The notes: generated by a model from the letters alone, not told the origin. DNA of 64,000 bases from Nemertoderma westbladi (GCA_032718475.1 JAUCBJ010005600.1:62001-126000), one strand, 5' to 3'; positions 14,268-28,525 are shown, numbered from the stretch's first letter. A program made the numbers and translations.

Positions 14268-14529
14268 TGGGGTATATATAATGTGGCTCGCCCCATATGT
14301 GTAAACTCTAACAGTAGTTATTGTGTTACCGGCAGGTACCGGTACACTGACTGTTGGTATGTATACCATCGGTACAAGGTACAACTACCGTAGGCATTAT
14401 GCTGCCTATATATTATCTTATATGTTAAACTGCTAATGTCATTTTAGTACTGGTGATTGGTTTCTCATTAAAACTGGCCCGAAGCAATTACCCTGCTATT
14501 ACAGTTTTCCCTTCGAACACACCACACCA
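14268..14529 (+). repeat. 5' LTR
   Basis: TG...CA termini; near-identical to 19139-19413. Confidence 0.95.
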
Positions 14530-14668
14530 TGGCGCAGTCTAAGGCGTAACCCGCGCCTACACCCGGATATGGTTAATCAGCGATCATTCCTGGTTGATTA
14601 GCCTACCCAAACTGCAATTCCTTCGCCTACAGAGATACGATAAACTGCAATGACTCATTGCTGTCACT

Positions 14669-17600
14669 ATGTCTGAAATGGTGATGCTTAAAAAGTCCAG
14701 GAAGGGCTACAAAGCGAACCTCATGGCACAACTAAATGCCGCCAATGATTTAATCCATCAATTTATAAACTCAGGCGATACAGGTTCGAGGGGTGACCCG
14801 GATCACCTATTCCAGATTGGAAACGTTGTAGAAACACGTCTCGAGGCGTACTCTAATTCTCACATGGCCGTGTCATTGGCAATGGATGAGAGCGAGGAAG
14901 ATACAACCGGCGACACGGCATTCGGGGAGGCAAATCTCCGAGCACGCCGAATTATTGCCGAAATAAACCGGATAGGAAAGGAGGAACTTCGAGCTACATC
15001 TATCCAACCCGATAGAACCTCGGCTTCCTCTTCCACAACTGCAACGGATTCATCCTCGAGTCCATGGAAGGAGAAGGCTAAACCTCCTCCCTTCCTCGAT
15101 GCGGAAACAGACTTTATTAAGTTTAATAATTGGCACCGATCCTTCGAACTCTATCAACGACAGGTAGGGATTTTGAATGCCGCTGAAAATGAGAAAGTCG
15201 CATCGTTCTTCGGATGTTGCAGTCCGGGGTTTCTCGATCGAATTGTCAAGAGTATAAATATCCCGACTAGTACAACACTCCCACTCAAGGATGTACTCGA
15301 TGAGATAGCCAAGTATCTCCGAAGTCGTCGCAATCTCGTCCTTGATCTCAAAGCTTTCCTGGATCTAGTTAAACCGGCAACTCAACCGATAGACTCTTTC
15401 CTTGTTAAATTTAAGGAACTCGAAGATCTGAGCAACATTGAGAACCTAGACTACGGTACTGATCTGAGGCCGTTCTTCCTGGCAATGACCTTGAAGGAAT
15501 CTAGAATTCAGAAGAAAATATTTGCTTCTTCACCCCGCAAGACTTTTGATGAAATAGTCCAAATGGTCCGAACTGAGGAGGACGCTGTTGCAGCGGTAGC
15601 TGGACTCGGAGGTTCGTTCGGCTGCAAATTCCTCCGTTTGCGCCTTCAGTAAACCCACAGAGAAATCCGGTAAAAGTCGCAAAACACCGCCGAAAACTGA
15701 GTATAAGGCGGAGAAAGATAGGGCAATGATGGACCCATCTAAGTCTGTGCAAAATAAGTCGCCCGACACATGTGGACAATGTGGTCTAAAGCGCGTATGC
15801 AACGCTGACAATCCCTGCCCAGCAAAGAAGGCCCAGTGCAGATATTGTAGTGGAGTGGGGCATTTTGCATCTGTTTGCCGCAAGAAAGTTCGCGAAGAAA
15901 ACAAGGCTACCAAAACTGTTAATGCAGTGTGTGCTGTAAATAGATCGGGTAAGACTGTTCCTGTAATTGTATTTTTTAACTTAGTAACAGCCACTACCGA
16001 GGCATTCCCAGACACACAGGCAGATGAGTCTGTCGCAGGTAGAGAGTTTTTGGAAATTGTGCAAATTGGGGTGAATGACCTTACTAGACCAACAGACAAT
16101 AAACTGGTTAGTGTGGATGGTACCCCGTTAAAACAGCTGGGAGTAATCCATATTGCAATGAAAGTGGGCAGTAATGTAACTGAAGCTGATATCACAATAT
16201 GTGAAGGAATAAAAGGCCTATTTCTGAGTTGTGAGGCTTGTAAGGAACTCAATATTGTTCATACAGAATTTCCCAACCCGATGGGTACCAACAATTCTGT
16301 CAATAATCCAAATTCCCACACTATTGCTGCCGCTTCCAGTGATCAAGGTCTACCACCATGGTCCACTAATTGGCTCAATACGCTCCCAGGCAGACCAAAA
16401 TCCGGTGATGCAGATGAATGCTACAAGTTTCTTCAGTCAAAATATCCTACAGTTTTTGACTCAAATAGCCTTGGGGAAATGACGGGACCAGGTGTTGGTA
16501 CACCGATGAAAATCGTTGTTAAGGAGGACACCGTTCCCTTTAAACTCATAGCACCAAGGACCATTCCTTATGCATATAGAGAAAAAGCGAAAACTGAAAT
16601 TCAACATATGGTTGAACTTGGGATCATATCTCCTGCAGGTGATACACCCACAGACTGGATCCATCCCCTTGTAGTTGCACCCAAATCTGATGGAACTGTC
16701 CGGGTGTGCATGGACCTAACGAAGCTGAACTCCCAAGTAAAACGTTCTGTTCATCGGGCTAAAACGCCTGCTGATGCTGCTAATTCCATTGTCGCTGGTG
16801 GAGCCAATAGATTTTTCCTGAAACTAGATGCCAAGAAAGGCTATTGGCAACTCCCACTTGCCAACGAGTCAAAGTCATTAACGACTTTCATTACCCCATG
16901 GGGTCTGTATTATTATAATAGGGCGACCATGGGATTTGTTTCTTCTGGTGACTCATACAACCAGCGGGGCGACTTAGCATTCCAGGGAATCGATGAAGTT
17001 GAGAAAGTTGTAGATGACACAGGCAGTGGCGCTCCTACATTTCGCGCCATTTTTGAATGAGCAATTTTGCTGCTTGAGTGGTGTAACAAATTTGGAATTG
17101 TTCTCAATGCATCCAAGACGGAAATTGGTGTAGAGGAACTTAAGTTTGTCGGTTACATTATCAACAAACATGGAGTCACAGCTGATCCATGGAAGGTCAG
17201 TGCAATCTCTGAGTTTCCCACTCCAACAACCAGAATGGAACTGAAGTCATTCCTCGGCTTAGCAAACCAACTCGCCGAGTTTTCGCCTAATTATAAGGCT
17301 GCCAGTGCACCATTACGTCCTTTACTCAGCACTAAGCGTGAGTTTATATAGACTGAATTGCATACCAGAGCAGTCGAGGCTGTCAAGAAGACTCTACTCT
17401 CCCCAGCTGTGCTCGCACCACGGGATCCCAATGCATTTGAGACTGCACTGCACACGGATGCATCTCGGATTCATGGACTCGGGTTTACTTTACTCCAGCG
17501 CTCCCAATCGAGGCTCCCAATGTAGGGTTTATTTAGCTGGACACCATGGCTTCAAGGTCGTTACACACCACGCCCCACTCTGACCACTGTTCAATGAATA

Positions 17601-19115
17601 TAGCCTCGATCAGATTGAGAACCAAAAGGTTGCTTCTTACTGATCTAAACTGGCAGAATATTCATTTGAGGTAGTTTGGAAGAAAGGCAGCGAGCATGCA
17701 GCTCCAGACGCTCTCTCCCGAGCCCCAATTGATTTACCTACAGATGAGGAAGTCGAGGATGGTAGCACTGGCAAACCAGGCACTTTCTCACGCATCGCTG
17801 TTATCACTATGCTGGCAGATGAGACCCTCGCAGACCCGATTCTGGATGAGCTCCGTGCAGCAGCCATGGCCGATAAATCCTATGTCGAGTTTGTAAATGC
17901 AGTCGTCTCCGATAGATACCCAGAGTTTGGTATAGCATCCCTCTACAACAAACTGAGGGATTATCTCTCTGTTGACAACGGTCTGGTCCTAATGGATGGT
18001 CGGATAGTTGTTCCTCAGGCAGCCAGACGGGATATTATGACTCGTTTACATGCCTCTCACCAAGGGATAATACGGACTAAAGAATGTGCGGCACGTACAG
18101 TGCACTGGCCTGGGATTAATGGGGATATTAAAAGCACTGTCAACTCCTGCATAGCTTGTCAGGAACTGCGTCCCAGTAACCCAGAGGAACCTGTAAATCT
18201 TACTCCAATTCCTTCAGCGCCATTTGAATCTGTTTCAGCTGATTTGTTGGACTATGGTGGGTTCACATACATCGCATACGGGGACAGATACAGCGGATAT
18301 CTTTGTGCTTGGCGATGGCGTTCTTCTCCTTCTGCAACTCAAGTTGTTCGTTCCTTGACCACCTTCTTCAAAGATTATGGTGTGCCACGGCTGATCTCCA
18401 CAGATGGGGGTCCACAAATTAGAGCAGAGGTGACACAAACATTCTTGAAGGAGTGGGGAGTTACCTGGAGATGTAGCAGTGCATATTTTCCCAGGTCAAA
18501 CGGCCATGCGGAGAATGCTGTGAAAGCGCTCGAACATCTGCTCATCAAAACAAAGTCAACTGATCTTAGTAGCAACGAATTTGCTCATGGGTTCCTAGAA
18601 CTGATGAATACACCAGGAGAGGGGGGATTGAGTCCTTCCCAGCGCGTCTTTGGTCGTCCGCAACGTACGTTGACACCTCAACACCCATCAACCGCCACAA
18701 GGATAACTGATGAACAGCTCAGATCTGCCACTAATCAGAGGGCAGTTCTGAACTCCAAGAAAGGGAGATGAGAAACGCACGTGCGCGAAGACTTCGATCC
18801 CTTAAACAAGGTGAATTGGTCTGGGTACAAAACCCAATCACTAAGAAGTGGACCAGTACTGGTGTCATAGTTGATATCCTCAACAACACTGACTACCTTA
18901 TTTTTAACCTCGTTGATGAGTCGACTAAGCGACGCAATCGACACTTTCTTAGACCAGCACGTTTCCCGCCCCAGAAGGCAGAGAGAGACACACATTCAGC
19001 TATTCAGTCATTTTCTACTTCAACATCAACACCCCCGAAACCTATTCCCAGGGGTTCTGGACCAAGGCGATCGACCAGACATCGAACGGCAACAAAGCGG
19101 TATGGTCTTGATTGA
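14669..19115 (+). pseudogene. Gypsy gag-pol (gag 14669-15652; Zn knuckles/PR/RT 15726-17060; RNase H; integrase 17809-18771)
   Basis: CGQCG...CPAKKAQCRYCSGVGHFASVC knuckles; PDTQAD protease-like site; VRVCMDLTKLN, LDAKKGYWQ and KVVDD; HTDAS; integrase H-H-C-C zinc finger and STDGGPQ..SNGHAENAVK. Stops and frameshifts separate the segments. Confidence 0.92.
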
Positions 19116-19138
19116 GCTCCACTGAAAAAAAAGGGGCA

Positions 19139-19413
19139 TGGGGTATATATAATGTGGCTCGCCCCATATGTGTAAACTCTAACAGTAGTTATTGTGTTAC
19201 CGGCAGGTACCGGTACACTGACTGTCGGTATGTATAACCGTTGGTACAAGGTACAACTACCGTAGGCATTATGCTGCCTATATATTATCTTATATGTTAA
19301 ACTGCTAATGTCATTTTAGTACTGGTGATTGGTTTGTCATTAAAACTGGCCCGAAGCGATTACCCTGCTATTACAGTTTTCCCACACTTTCCCACAGTTT
19401 TCACACCACACTA
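19139..19413 (+). repeat. 3' LTR
   Basis: Follows the PPT. It differs from the 5' LTR by a few substitutions and a locally rearranged end (…cacaccacacta), and is followed by TSD AGGTC. Confidence 0.93.
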
Positions 19414-20938
19414 AGGTCCTCATCAGAATCTAGAAGAACATTTTCTGACATTTTAGACATCTGTTGGTATTCACCAGCCTCTTGTCTTTGCCGAATAATA
19501 CAATCTGAGTCAGCTACTTTTCGCTTCTGTGACATCTGCCACTTCCTATCAGTGAAACTTGAACAATATCCAACAGGTGGTGTCAGACATTGGTTTTTGT
19601 AAAACTCATAATCATCTGGTGCCATCTTCACTCCCCATAGTTTTTCCTGCGTGTGAATTCGTTCAATGGAGCCCTTTATATCAAATATATTCTTACATGA
19701 AGATACAAATACATTCACTCGATTCCAGTATGTATCTTTGCGTTTTGAATGTGGATATTCCTTCAATGATCTATATTCTTGGAGATGAGTAGTTATCTTC
19801 TTGCAAACAGTGGTTCTCGATTGGGTATACACATTACAAGAAATCCAATGAAGCATTAAGTCTAGGAAAATGTTATGTGTGATAGTTTCTTTATGCCCAG
19901 CATCAATAGCGAAACATTCCACAGAATAACATATAACTTGTTGCAAATTAGGAAGTTTTCCATTTGGGAAGCCTGAGCAAACTCCAAACATGACACAATC
20001 CTCACAATTGTCACTTTCAATAGTCCATGTTTTTGTAATATCATAATGCTTCTTGCATTTTATATAGTTCTTTTTCCACATTGGTGACAATTTGGCATTG
20101 GACATTTATTTCACGTTAGAACTGGATGTAGTCTGTACTGACAGTCGACCATGCTCCTTGGATCGAGTTACTACATACTGAAAATCTTCATTGATATCAT
20201 CTTCCTCCATTATAATTGTGTCATATATACAACTAAACTCCTTTATATCTACTGTATTAATAACTCTCAATATTATTTAAAAGTCATCAAATTTATTCAT
20301 GCTAGGTTTCATACCATACTATACTGGCATAACTCGCTGACTAACAGAAAGGCCTATCAGGTAATTGGTGATGCATTTGAAACATAGGGGTTGTATTTTG
20401 GGGAAAGAATACAAGATTGAATAAATTCATAAAATGTAGCTCCTTAGGGTAGCTGGAAGTGTCTGAAGCAGCCATATGCAATTCACAGCTAAACGAAACA
20501 ACTCTTGGTGACTCCGTACTAATTCTAAAATATAACATACAGGGTGCAACTCAACATTTTGCATGCCAATCCCAGCTCGAAATTCGTTTTAACAATACTA
20601 AATCGGCAATTGCGCTTCAAATGAGCTCAAAATCAGCTCCATACAACCACTAGAAGTAGCAGAATCAGCAATAAATCAGTTATCGCTAATCGGGCCAATC
20701 TCCATCAAACAGTCAGATGAAGATGCCAGGGTAGGGTGACCAAGACAAATAGACTACTCAATATATTTATGTTTTTTTGTAGATATTAGGTCTAAATACA
20801 AGTTTATAGGGGGTTGCCAGACTCCATAAGCCAAAACTCATTTTTAACATAGATCCCTAGTTTTAGGTATAGCGACTTGGTTATATGCTATATAGATTGC
20901 AAAATTCAATCATAGAACATCAAATTAATAAACGAAAC

Positions 20939-23900
20939 ATGAAAATTTCCATAATATTTTGCCTATTTTTAGCTTTTTATGGCTGCTATGGTCACTTATG
21001 CGGAAATGGAAGATTGGCCGATCATGAATATTTCTACGATCAGGATGAAAGTATGTGTTACACACTTGAAAGAAATAGTTTTCGCGATTACGAAGATGCG
21101 AATCATCATTGTAAATCTAATTATGAGGGGATTTTGGCAACAAGTAAAGATGTCAAATCTGATGGAATTATAGAAAAGCTTTTAAGCAGTGCTAGCAAGC
21201 ATGATGCATATGTCGCAGCAACTGTTTTGCATACTACAACCCCATCTCCAGATTTTGATAAATACGAAGCATGGATTGGTTTACGTGCTATAGGAGCTGT
21301 TGATCCGAAGTGGTTCTGGAGTGATGGCACAGTCAATACAAGGGACGATAAATGGAAAATTGGAACCCAGGACGATGGTGATTGTGCCTCCTACATGTTG
21401 TCAGTAGGTGGTTGGATTTATACCCCCTGTGATATATTTTTGGATATGTTTATATGTCAATACAATGTGATGCCAGGAACAGCAATACCTTCACCAGAAA
21501 CAACACCACTACCAGAAATACCGCCGCCTTCAAAACCAGTACTAGAAAAAATACCACCATCTTCTACAATAGTACCAGAGAAAATACATCCACCTTCAAC
21601 ATCTGCAACGGAATCAACATTACCACATCCAACACCAGTACCAGAAACAACACAACCACCTTCAACACCAGTACGAGAAACAAGACTACCACCACCACCT
21701 CCAACACCAGCACCAGAAACAAGACCACAACCACCACCTCCAACACCAGTACCAGAAACAAGACAACCACCTTCAACACAAGTACCAGAAACAAGACTAC
21801 CACCACCACCTCCAACATCAGCACCAGAAACAAGACCACAACCACCACCTCCAACACCAGTACCAGAAACAATGCCTCAGCGTGCAACACCAGTACCAGA
21901 AGCAACAGATCTACCTTCAACACCTGTAACAGAATCAACACCACCACATCCAACACCTGCACCAGAAACAAGACCACAACCACTACCTCCAACACCAGTA
22001 CCAGAAACAATTCCACATCGTTCAACACCAGTAACAGAAACAACACCACCACATCCAACACCAGTACCAGAAACAACACCACCACATCCAACACCAGAAA
22101 CAACACCACCACCTCCAACACCAGTACCAGAAACAATTCCACATCATTCAACACCAGTAACAGAAACAACACCACCACATCCAACACCAGTACCAGAATC
22201 AACACCACCACATCCAACACCAGTAACCGAAACAACACCACCACATCCAACACCAGTAACAGAAACAACACCACCACATCCAACACCAGTACCAGAAACA
22301 ACACCACCACATCCAACACCAGTACCAGAAACAACACCACCACAGCCAACACCAGTACCAGAAACAACACCACCACATCCAACACCAGTACCAGAAACAA
22401 CACCACCACCTCCAACACCAGTACCAGAAACACCACCACCACCTCCAACACCAGTACCAGAAACAACACCACCACATCCAACACCAGCACCAGAAACAAG
22501 ACCACAAACACCACCTCCAACACCAGCACCAGAAACAAGACCACAACTACCACCTCCAACACCAGTACCAGAAATAATTCCACATCATTCAACATCAGTA
22601 CCAGAAACAACACCACCACATCCTACACCAGTACCAGAAACAACACCACCACATCCAACACCAGTACCAGAAACAACACCACCACATCCAACACCAGTAC
22701 CAGAAACAACACCACCACATCCAACACCAGTACCAGAAACAACACCACCACATCCAATACCAGTATCAGAAACAATACCAGCACCAGAAACAACTACACC
22801 ACATCCAACACCAGTACCAGAAACAACTACACCACATCCAACACCAGTACCAGAAACAACTACACCACATCCAACACCAGTACCAGAAACAACACCACCA
22901 CAGCCAACACCAGTACCAGAAACAACACCACCACATCCAACACCAGTGCCAGAAACAACACCACCACATCCAACACCAGTGCCAGAAACAACATCACCAC
23001 ATCCAACACCAGCACCAGAAACAAGACCACAAACACCACCTCCAACACCAGCACCAGAAACAAGACCACAACCACCACCTCCAACACCAGTACAAGAAAC
23101 TATTCCACATCATTCAACACCAGTACCAGAAACAACACCACCACATCCAACACCAGTACCAGAAACAACACCACCACATCCAACACCAGTACCAGAATCA
23201 ACACCACCACATCCAACACCAGCACCAGAAACAACACCACCACATCCAACACCAGTACCAGAAACAACACCACCACATCCAACACCAGTACCAGAATCAA
23301 CACCACCACATCCAACACCAGTACCAGAAACAACACCACCACATTCAACACCAGTACCAGAAACAACACCACCACATCCAACACCAGTACCAGAAACAAC
23401 ACCACCACATCCAACACCAGTACCAGAAACAACTACACCTCCTCCAACACTAGTACCAGAAACAACACCACCACATCCAACACCAGTACCAGAAGCAACA
23501 GATCCACCTTCAACACCAGTGCCAGAAACAACACCACCACATCCAACACCAGTACCAGAAACAACACCAACACCTCCAACACCACTACCAGAAACAACAC
23601 AACCACCATCAACACCAGTACCAGAAACTACAATACCACCTTCATTACCAGTAACAATGCCACTGAAAACAACCAATAAAATATCATTTCAAACTGATTA
23701 TTCATCTCCACCAGCGATGGTTACAAGGTCGAGGTCAACATCACAAAGATCAGCTTCAGAAATGTCACCACCTCCAACACCAGTTCCAGAAACAACACCA
23801 CCACCTTCAACAATACTATCAGCAACAACACCACCACCTTCAACAATAGTATCAGCAACAACACCACAACCTTCAACAATAGTATCAGCAACAACACCTC

Positions 23901-26900
23901 CACCGTCAACAATAGTATCAGATACAACCCCACCACCGTCAACAATAGTATCAGATACAACACCACCACCATCAACAATAGTATCAGATACAACACCACC
24001 ACCGTCAACAATAGTATCAGATACAACACCACCACCTTCAACAATAGTATCAGATACAACCCCACCACCGTCAACAATAGTATCAGATACAACACCACAA
24101 CTGTCAACAATAGTATCAGATACAACACCACCACTGTCAACAATAGTATCAGATACAACACCACCACCATCAACAATAGTATCAGATACAACACCACCAC
24201 CGTCAACACTAGTATCAGATACAACACCACCACCTTCAACAATAGTATCAGATACAACACCACCAACGTCAACAATAGTATCAGATACAACACCACCACC
24301 GTCAACTATAGTATCAGATACAACACCACCGCCGTCAACAATAGTATCAGATACAACACCACCACCGTCAACAATAGTATCAGATACAACACCACCACCT
24401 TCAACAATAGTATCAGATACAACACCACCACCATCAACCATAGTATCAGCAACAACACCACCGCCTTCAACATCAGTACCAGAAACAACACTATCTCCTT
24501 CTTCAACACCAGCACCAGAAACAACACCACAACCATCAACAATTGTACCCGAAACAATGCCACCACCATCAACAATTGTATCTGAAACAATGCCACCACA
24601 TTCAACAACTGCACCCGAAACAACACCACCACCTTCAACATCAGCACCAGAATCAACATCACTACCTTTTACATCAGCACCTTCAACAATAGTATCATCA
24701 ACAATACCTCCACCTTCAACAATAGTATCAGATACAACACCACCACCGTCAACAATAGTATCAGAAACAACACCACCACCGTCAACAGTAGTATTAGATA
24801 CAACCCCACCACCGTCAACAATAGTATCAGATACAACACCACCACCATCAACAATAGTATCAGATACAACACCACCACCGTCAACAATAGTATCAGATAC
24901 AACACCACCACTGCCAACAATAGTATCTGATACAACACCACTAACTTCAACATCAGCACCAGAATCAACATCACTACCTTTTACATCAGCACCTTCAACA
25001 ATAGTATCAGATACAACACCACCACCGTCAACAATAGTATCAGATACAACCCCACCACCGTCAACAATAGTATCAGATACAACACCACCACTGTCAACAA
25101 TAGTATCAGATACAACACCACCACCATCAACAATAGTATCAGATACAACACCACCACCATCAACAATAGTATCAGATACAACACCACCACCATCAACAAT
25201 AGTATCAGATACAACACCACCACCGTCAACAATAGTATCAGATACAACACCACCACCGTCAACAATAGTATCAGATACAACACCACCACCGTCAACAATA
25301 GTATCAGATACAACACCACCACCTTCAACAATAGTATCAGATACAACACCACCACCGTCAACAATAGTATCAGATACAACACCACCACCGTCAACAATAG
25401 TATCAGATACAACACCACCACCATCAACAATAGTATCAGATACAACACCACCACCGTCAACAATAGTATCAGATACAACACCACCACCATCAACAATAGT
25501 ATCAGATACAACACCACCACCGTCAACAATAGTATCAGATACAACACCACCACCTTCAACAATAGTATCAGATACAACGCCACCACCATCAACAATAGTA
25601 TCAGATACAACAACACTACCATCAACAATAGTATCAGCAACAACACCACCGCCTTCAACATCAGTACCAGAAACAACACTATCTCCTTCTTCAACACCAG
25701 CACCAGAAACAACACCACAACCATCAACAATTGTACCCGAAACAATGCCACCACCATCAACAATAGTACCCGAAACAATGCCACCACATTCATCAACTGT
25801 ACCCGAAACAACACCACCACCTTCAACATCAGCACCAGAATCAACATCACTACCTTTTACATCAGCACCTTCAACAATAGTATCATCAACAATACCACTA
25901 ACTTCAACAATAGTATCAGATACAACACCACCACCGTCAACAATAGTATCAGATACAACACCACCACCTTCAACTATAGTATCAGATACAACACCACCAC
26001 CGTCAACAATAGTATCAGATACAACACCTCCACCATCAACAATAGTATCAGATACAACACCACCACCATCAACAATAGTATCAGATTCAACACCACCACC
26101 TTCAACAATAGTATCAGATACAACCCCACCACCGTCAACAATAGTATCAGATACAACACCACCACCGTCAACAATAGTATCAGATACAACACCACCGCCG
26201 TCAACAATAGTATCAGATACAACACCACCACCTTCAACAATGGTATCAGCAACAACACCACCGCCTTCAACATCAGTACCAGAAACAACACTATCTCCTT
26301 CTTCAACACGAGCACTAGAAACAACACCACAACCATCAACAATTGTACCCGAAACAATGCCACCACCATCAACAATTGTACCCGAAACAATGCCACCACA
26401 TTCAACAACTGTACCCGAAACAACACCACCACCTTCAACATCAGCACCAGAATCAACATCACTACCTTCTACATCAGCATCAGAAACAACACTACCTCCT
26501 TCAACACCAGCACCAAAAACAACTCTACCTGCTTCAACACCAGCACCAAAAACAACTCTACCTGCTTCAACACCAGCACCAAAAACAACACTACCTCCTT
26601 CAACACCAGCACCAAAAACAACACTACCTCCTTCAACACCAGCACCAAAAACAACTCTACCTCCTTCAACACCAGTACCAGAAACAACATCACAGAAAAC
26701 AACAAACACAATATCATTTCATAATTCATCACCACCAGGGACGGTGACAAAATCCTGGTCAACATCAACAACATTAGCATCAATACCAACGACAACAACT
26801 GAAGCACATTCCATCATTGTAACATGTGAATTCGATTTGATTACAGTAGAAATACTTGACAGTTTCTCCAAAGACATAGCGGGTTATGATTTCACCTTCA

Positions 26901-27510
26901 ACAACAGCAAATGCATTGGCAACTATACAGATGGAAAACACAAACTCCAAACAGCTCTAAATGGGTGTGGATTCAAACGACAGGTCAACCTGAATGGGTC
27001 TTTGTCGTACACCAATATTGCTGTTGGCCTTCCTCCAGTGCATAATGGAATTATACGGCACAAACCTATATATATCACTGTTGAATGTATGTATGACCAT
27101 CACGGTGAAGCAGAGAGTGAATATATTCCTCATGGAAACATTACCGATGTAAGGCATGTCCATGGTCAAATGGATGTGACGATTTCCATTTACTACGATA
27201 CTCCTGATTTAGTACCAGCTATTATGTCGGAGTTGAATGAGAAACTTCTGCTGATCGCAACTTTGAATTCTAATGAAGAAGACCTTCAGATATTTATAGA
27301 AAATTGCTATGGGAAACCCTCAAAACGAAATGATACCTCTTATAGTGAAGGCCAATTTTATGATAATGAAAACAACGTGATTCATTATTTAGTACGTAAT
27401 GGATGTGCTGTTGATGAGACTGTGGAATTTCGAGAAATCGCAAATCACAAACAAGAATCATTCGCATTTCGCTCCTTTATGTTCCCAAATGAGCCGTTTG
27501 TGGATATTAG
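20939..27510 (+). CDS. Exon 1 of a secreted C-type lectin / mucin-like / ZP-domain glycoprotein
   Basis: MKISIIFCLFLAFYGCYG signal peptide; CTLD (CY..., A..HC, WIGL, WFWSDG, DC, W...PC....FIC); Pro/Thr/Ser repeats; ZP domain (VTC..D.I.V, TALNGCG, Y.N, ITVECMY, IFIENCYG, LVRNGCAVDETV, FAFRSFMF). Donor AG|GTAAAT at 27510/27511, phase 2. Confidence 0.9.
21480..26690 (+). repeat. Coding 33-bp (11-aa) mucin tandem repeats: PETTPPHPTPV, then SDTTPPPSTIV, then PKTTLPPSTPA
   Basis: Visible in both the translation and the DNA; the sense strand is extremely A+C-rich. Confidence 0.95.
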
Positions 27511-28016
27511 GTAAATTATTAGAACCATTTTTTTTTATATAAGTTAACATAAGATCTGGAATGTTTCGTATAATTACTATATACATCTTCACTTCAGCCC
27601 AAACTACAGTAGAATTATGTAATAATAGTATATAATGAATATAATAATATAATATATAGTATAATATATATATATTTATATATTTAAGTAATATTGTTGC
27701 TATCAATAATCAAATAGTATCTGGCATCATTGAGGATTTTCCTAAAAGTTACCTTTACTTTATTATATGAAAAAAAAAATAAGATCTGCCTGTTAAATAT
27801 TTCCCTCACGAAAAATAATTATTCTTTCTCTAAAAATAATTATTCTCCACTATTTATAATTGAATTTCCACTTCATTAAAATAATAATGTTTCAACTATT
27901 TTTAGTATTTCATTAACAATTATTTAAAATTTAATTACTCTCAATTAAATTTATTCACTTCCACTAACTTTTTTTCACTAAAAATAATCACCTTCCCTTT
28001 CGTATTAGGACCAAAC

Positions 28017-28525
28017 ACTACACGAAGTGGGGACTTCGCGCAGCACGAAGTTGGCAGAGCCTTAGCGAATTGACACTGTTAGGGGGTAGGTCAATTTATG
28101 CAAATAGTCACGTTGGCCCTCTAGCGGCAGACTGGAGAACTGCAGATGGATTCGCCTCCTTTGAAAGTCACAGCTAATGGTCTAATACATATCTGCCAAG
28201 TTTCAGCTTAAACGGATTAAAAGCAAAGAAATGGGAGGGCATTTAATGTTTAGACATGTGGCCCTCTAGCGGGAGACCATTGCACTGATGGTGTCTGAAA
28301 GTCTCTCAAAAATCTCAACTTTAGCTCATATTGATACCTACAAATTTTCAACTTGGCAGCTTTAAATCCGACAAAGTTATTAGCATGTCAAAATCGTAAC
28401 GACGACGACAACGACGACGACGACAACGACGACGACGACGACGACGACAACTATTTGCATAAATTGACCCACCCCCTAACAGTGTCAATTCGCTAAGGCT
28501 CCGCCAACTTCGTGGCTCGCCCCAC
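28017..28525 (-). mobile_element. Non-autonomous Helentron/HINE-like element in the ZP-gene intron
   Basis: Inverted repeats of about 65 bp (28044-28108 vs 28450-28514); a (GAC)n microsatellite next to one repeat; an extra terminal hairpin CGAAGT-GGGG-ACTTCG (28023-28038) outside the other. This asymmetric layout is typical of Helentron derivatives. Confidence 0.65.

Larger units (their letters stand above)
14268..19413 (+). mobile_element. Full-length Gypsy/Ty3 LTR retrotransposon (Mag-like clade), with inactivating lesions
   Basis: LTRs at 14268-14529 and 19139-19413; 5-bp TSD AGGTC (14263-14267 and 19414-19418); PBS TGGCGCAG at 14530; PPT GAAAAAAAAGGGGCA at 19124-19138; gag-PR-RT-RH-IN order. 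Confidence 0.95.
11744..20105 (-). pseudogene. DDE transposase split by the Gypsy insertion (20105-19414 + 14262-11744), frameshifted in its 3' half
   Basis: N-terminal W..CNV...KI......Y..LK...F......FDI; catalytic-like YSNDGSS, FVMTDST, CHIH (CxxH) and HNLNEERSVG. Removing the insertion rejoins ...DSDEDL|YVADY... in frame. Confidence 0.8.
11048..20859 (-). mobile_element. hAT-superfamily-like (hATm-like) DNA transposon, interrupted by a Gypsy element
   Basis: TIRs TAGGGTTCTATGTTAGAAATG (11048) and CATTTTTAACATAGATCCCTA (ends 20859) match at 19/21. Subterminal inverted motifs ggtcgccctacc/ggtagggtgacc and ggcaaccc/gggttgcc. Internal transposase present. The flanks share only gtttta, so the TSD is uncertain. 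Confidence 0.8.

Noticed and set aside
13362-14384. 340-aa ORF as a standalone gene with its own start
   Set aside because: The first ~39 codons are antisense LTR sequence; the rest is the middle of the interrupted transposase.
21454-26807. 741-aa N/T/S ORF and minus-strand V/L/G-rich ORFs, including the 1003-aa one
   Set aside because: Shadow frames of the A+C-rich mucin repeats. Only the 20885 frame has a signal peptide and folded domains.
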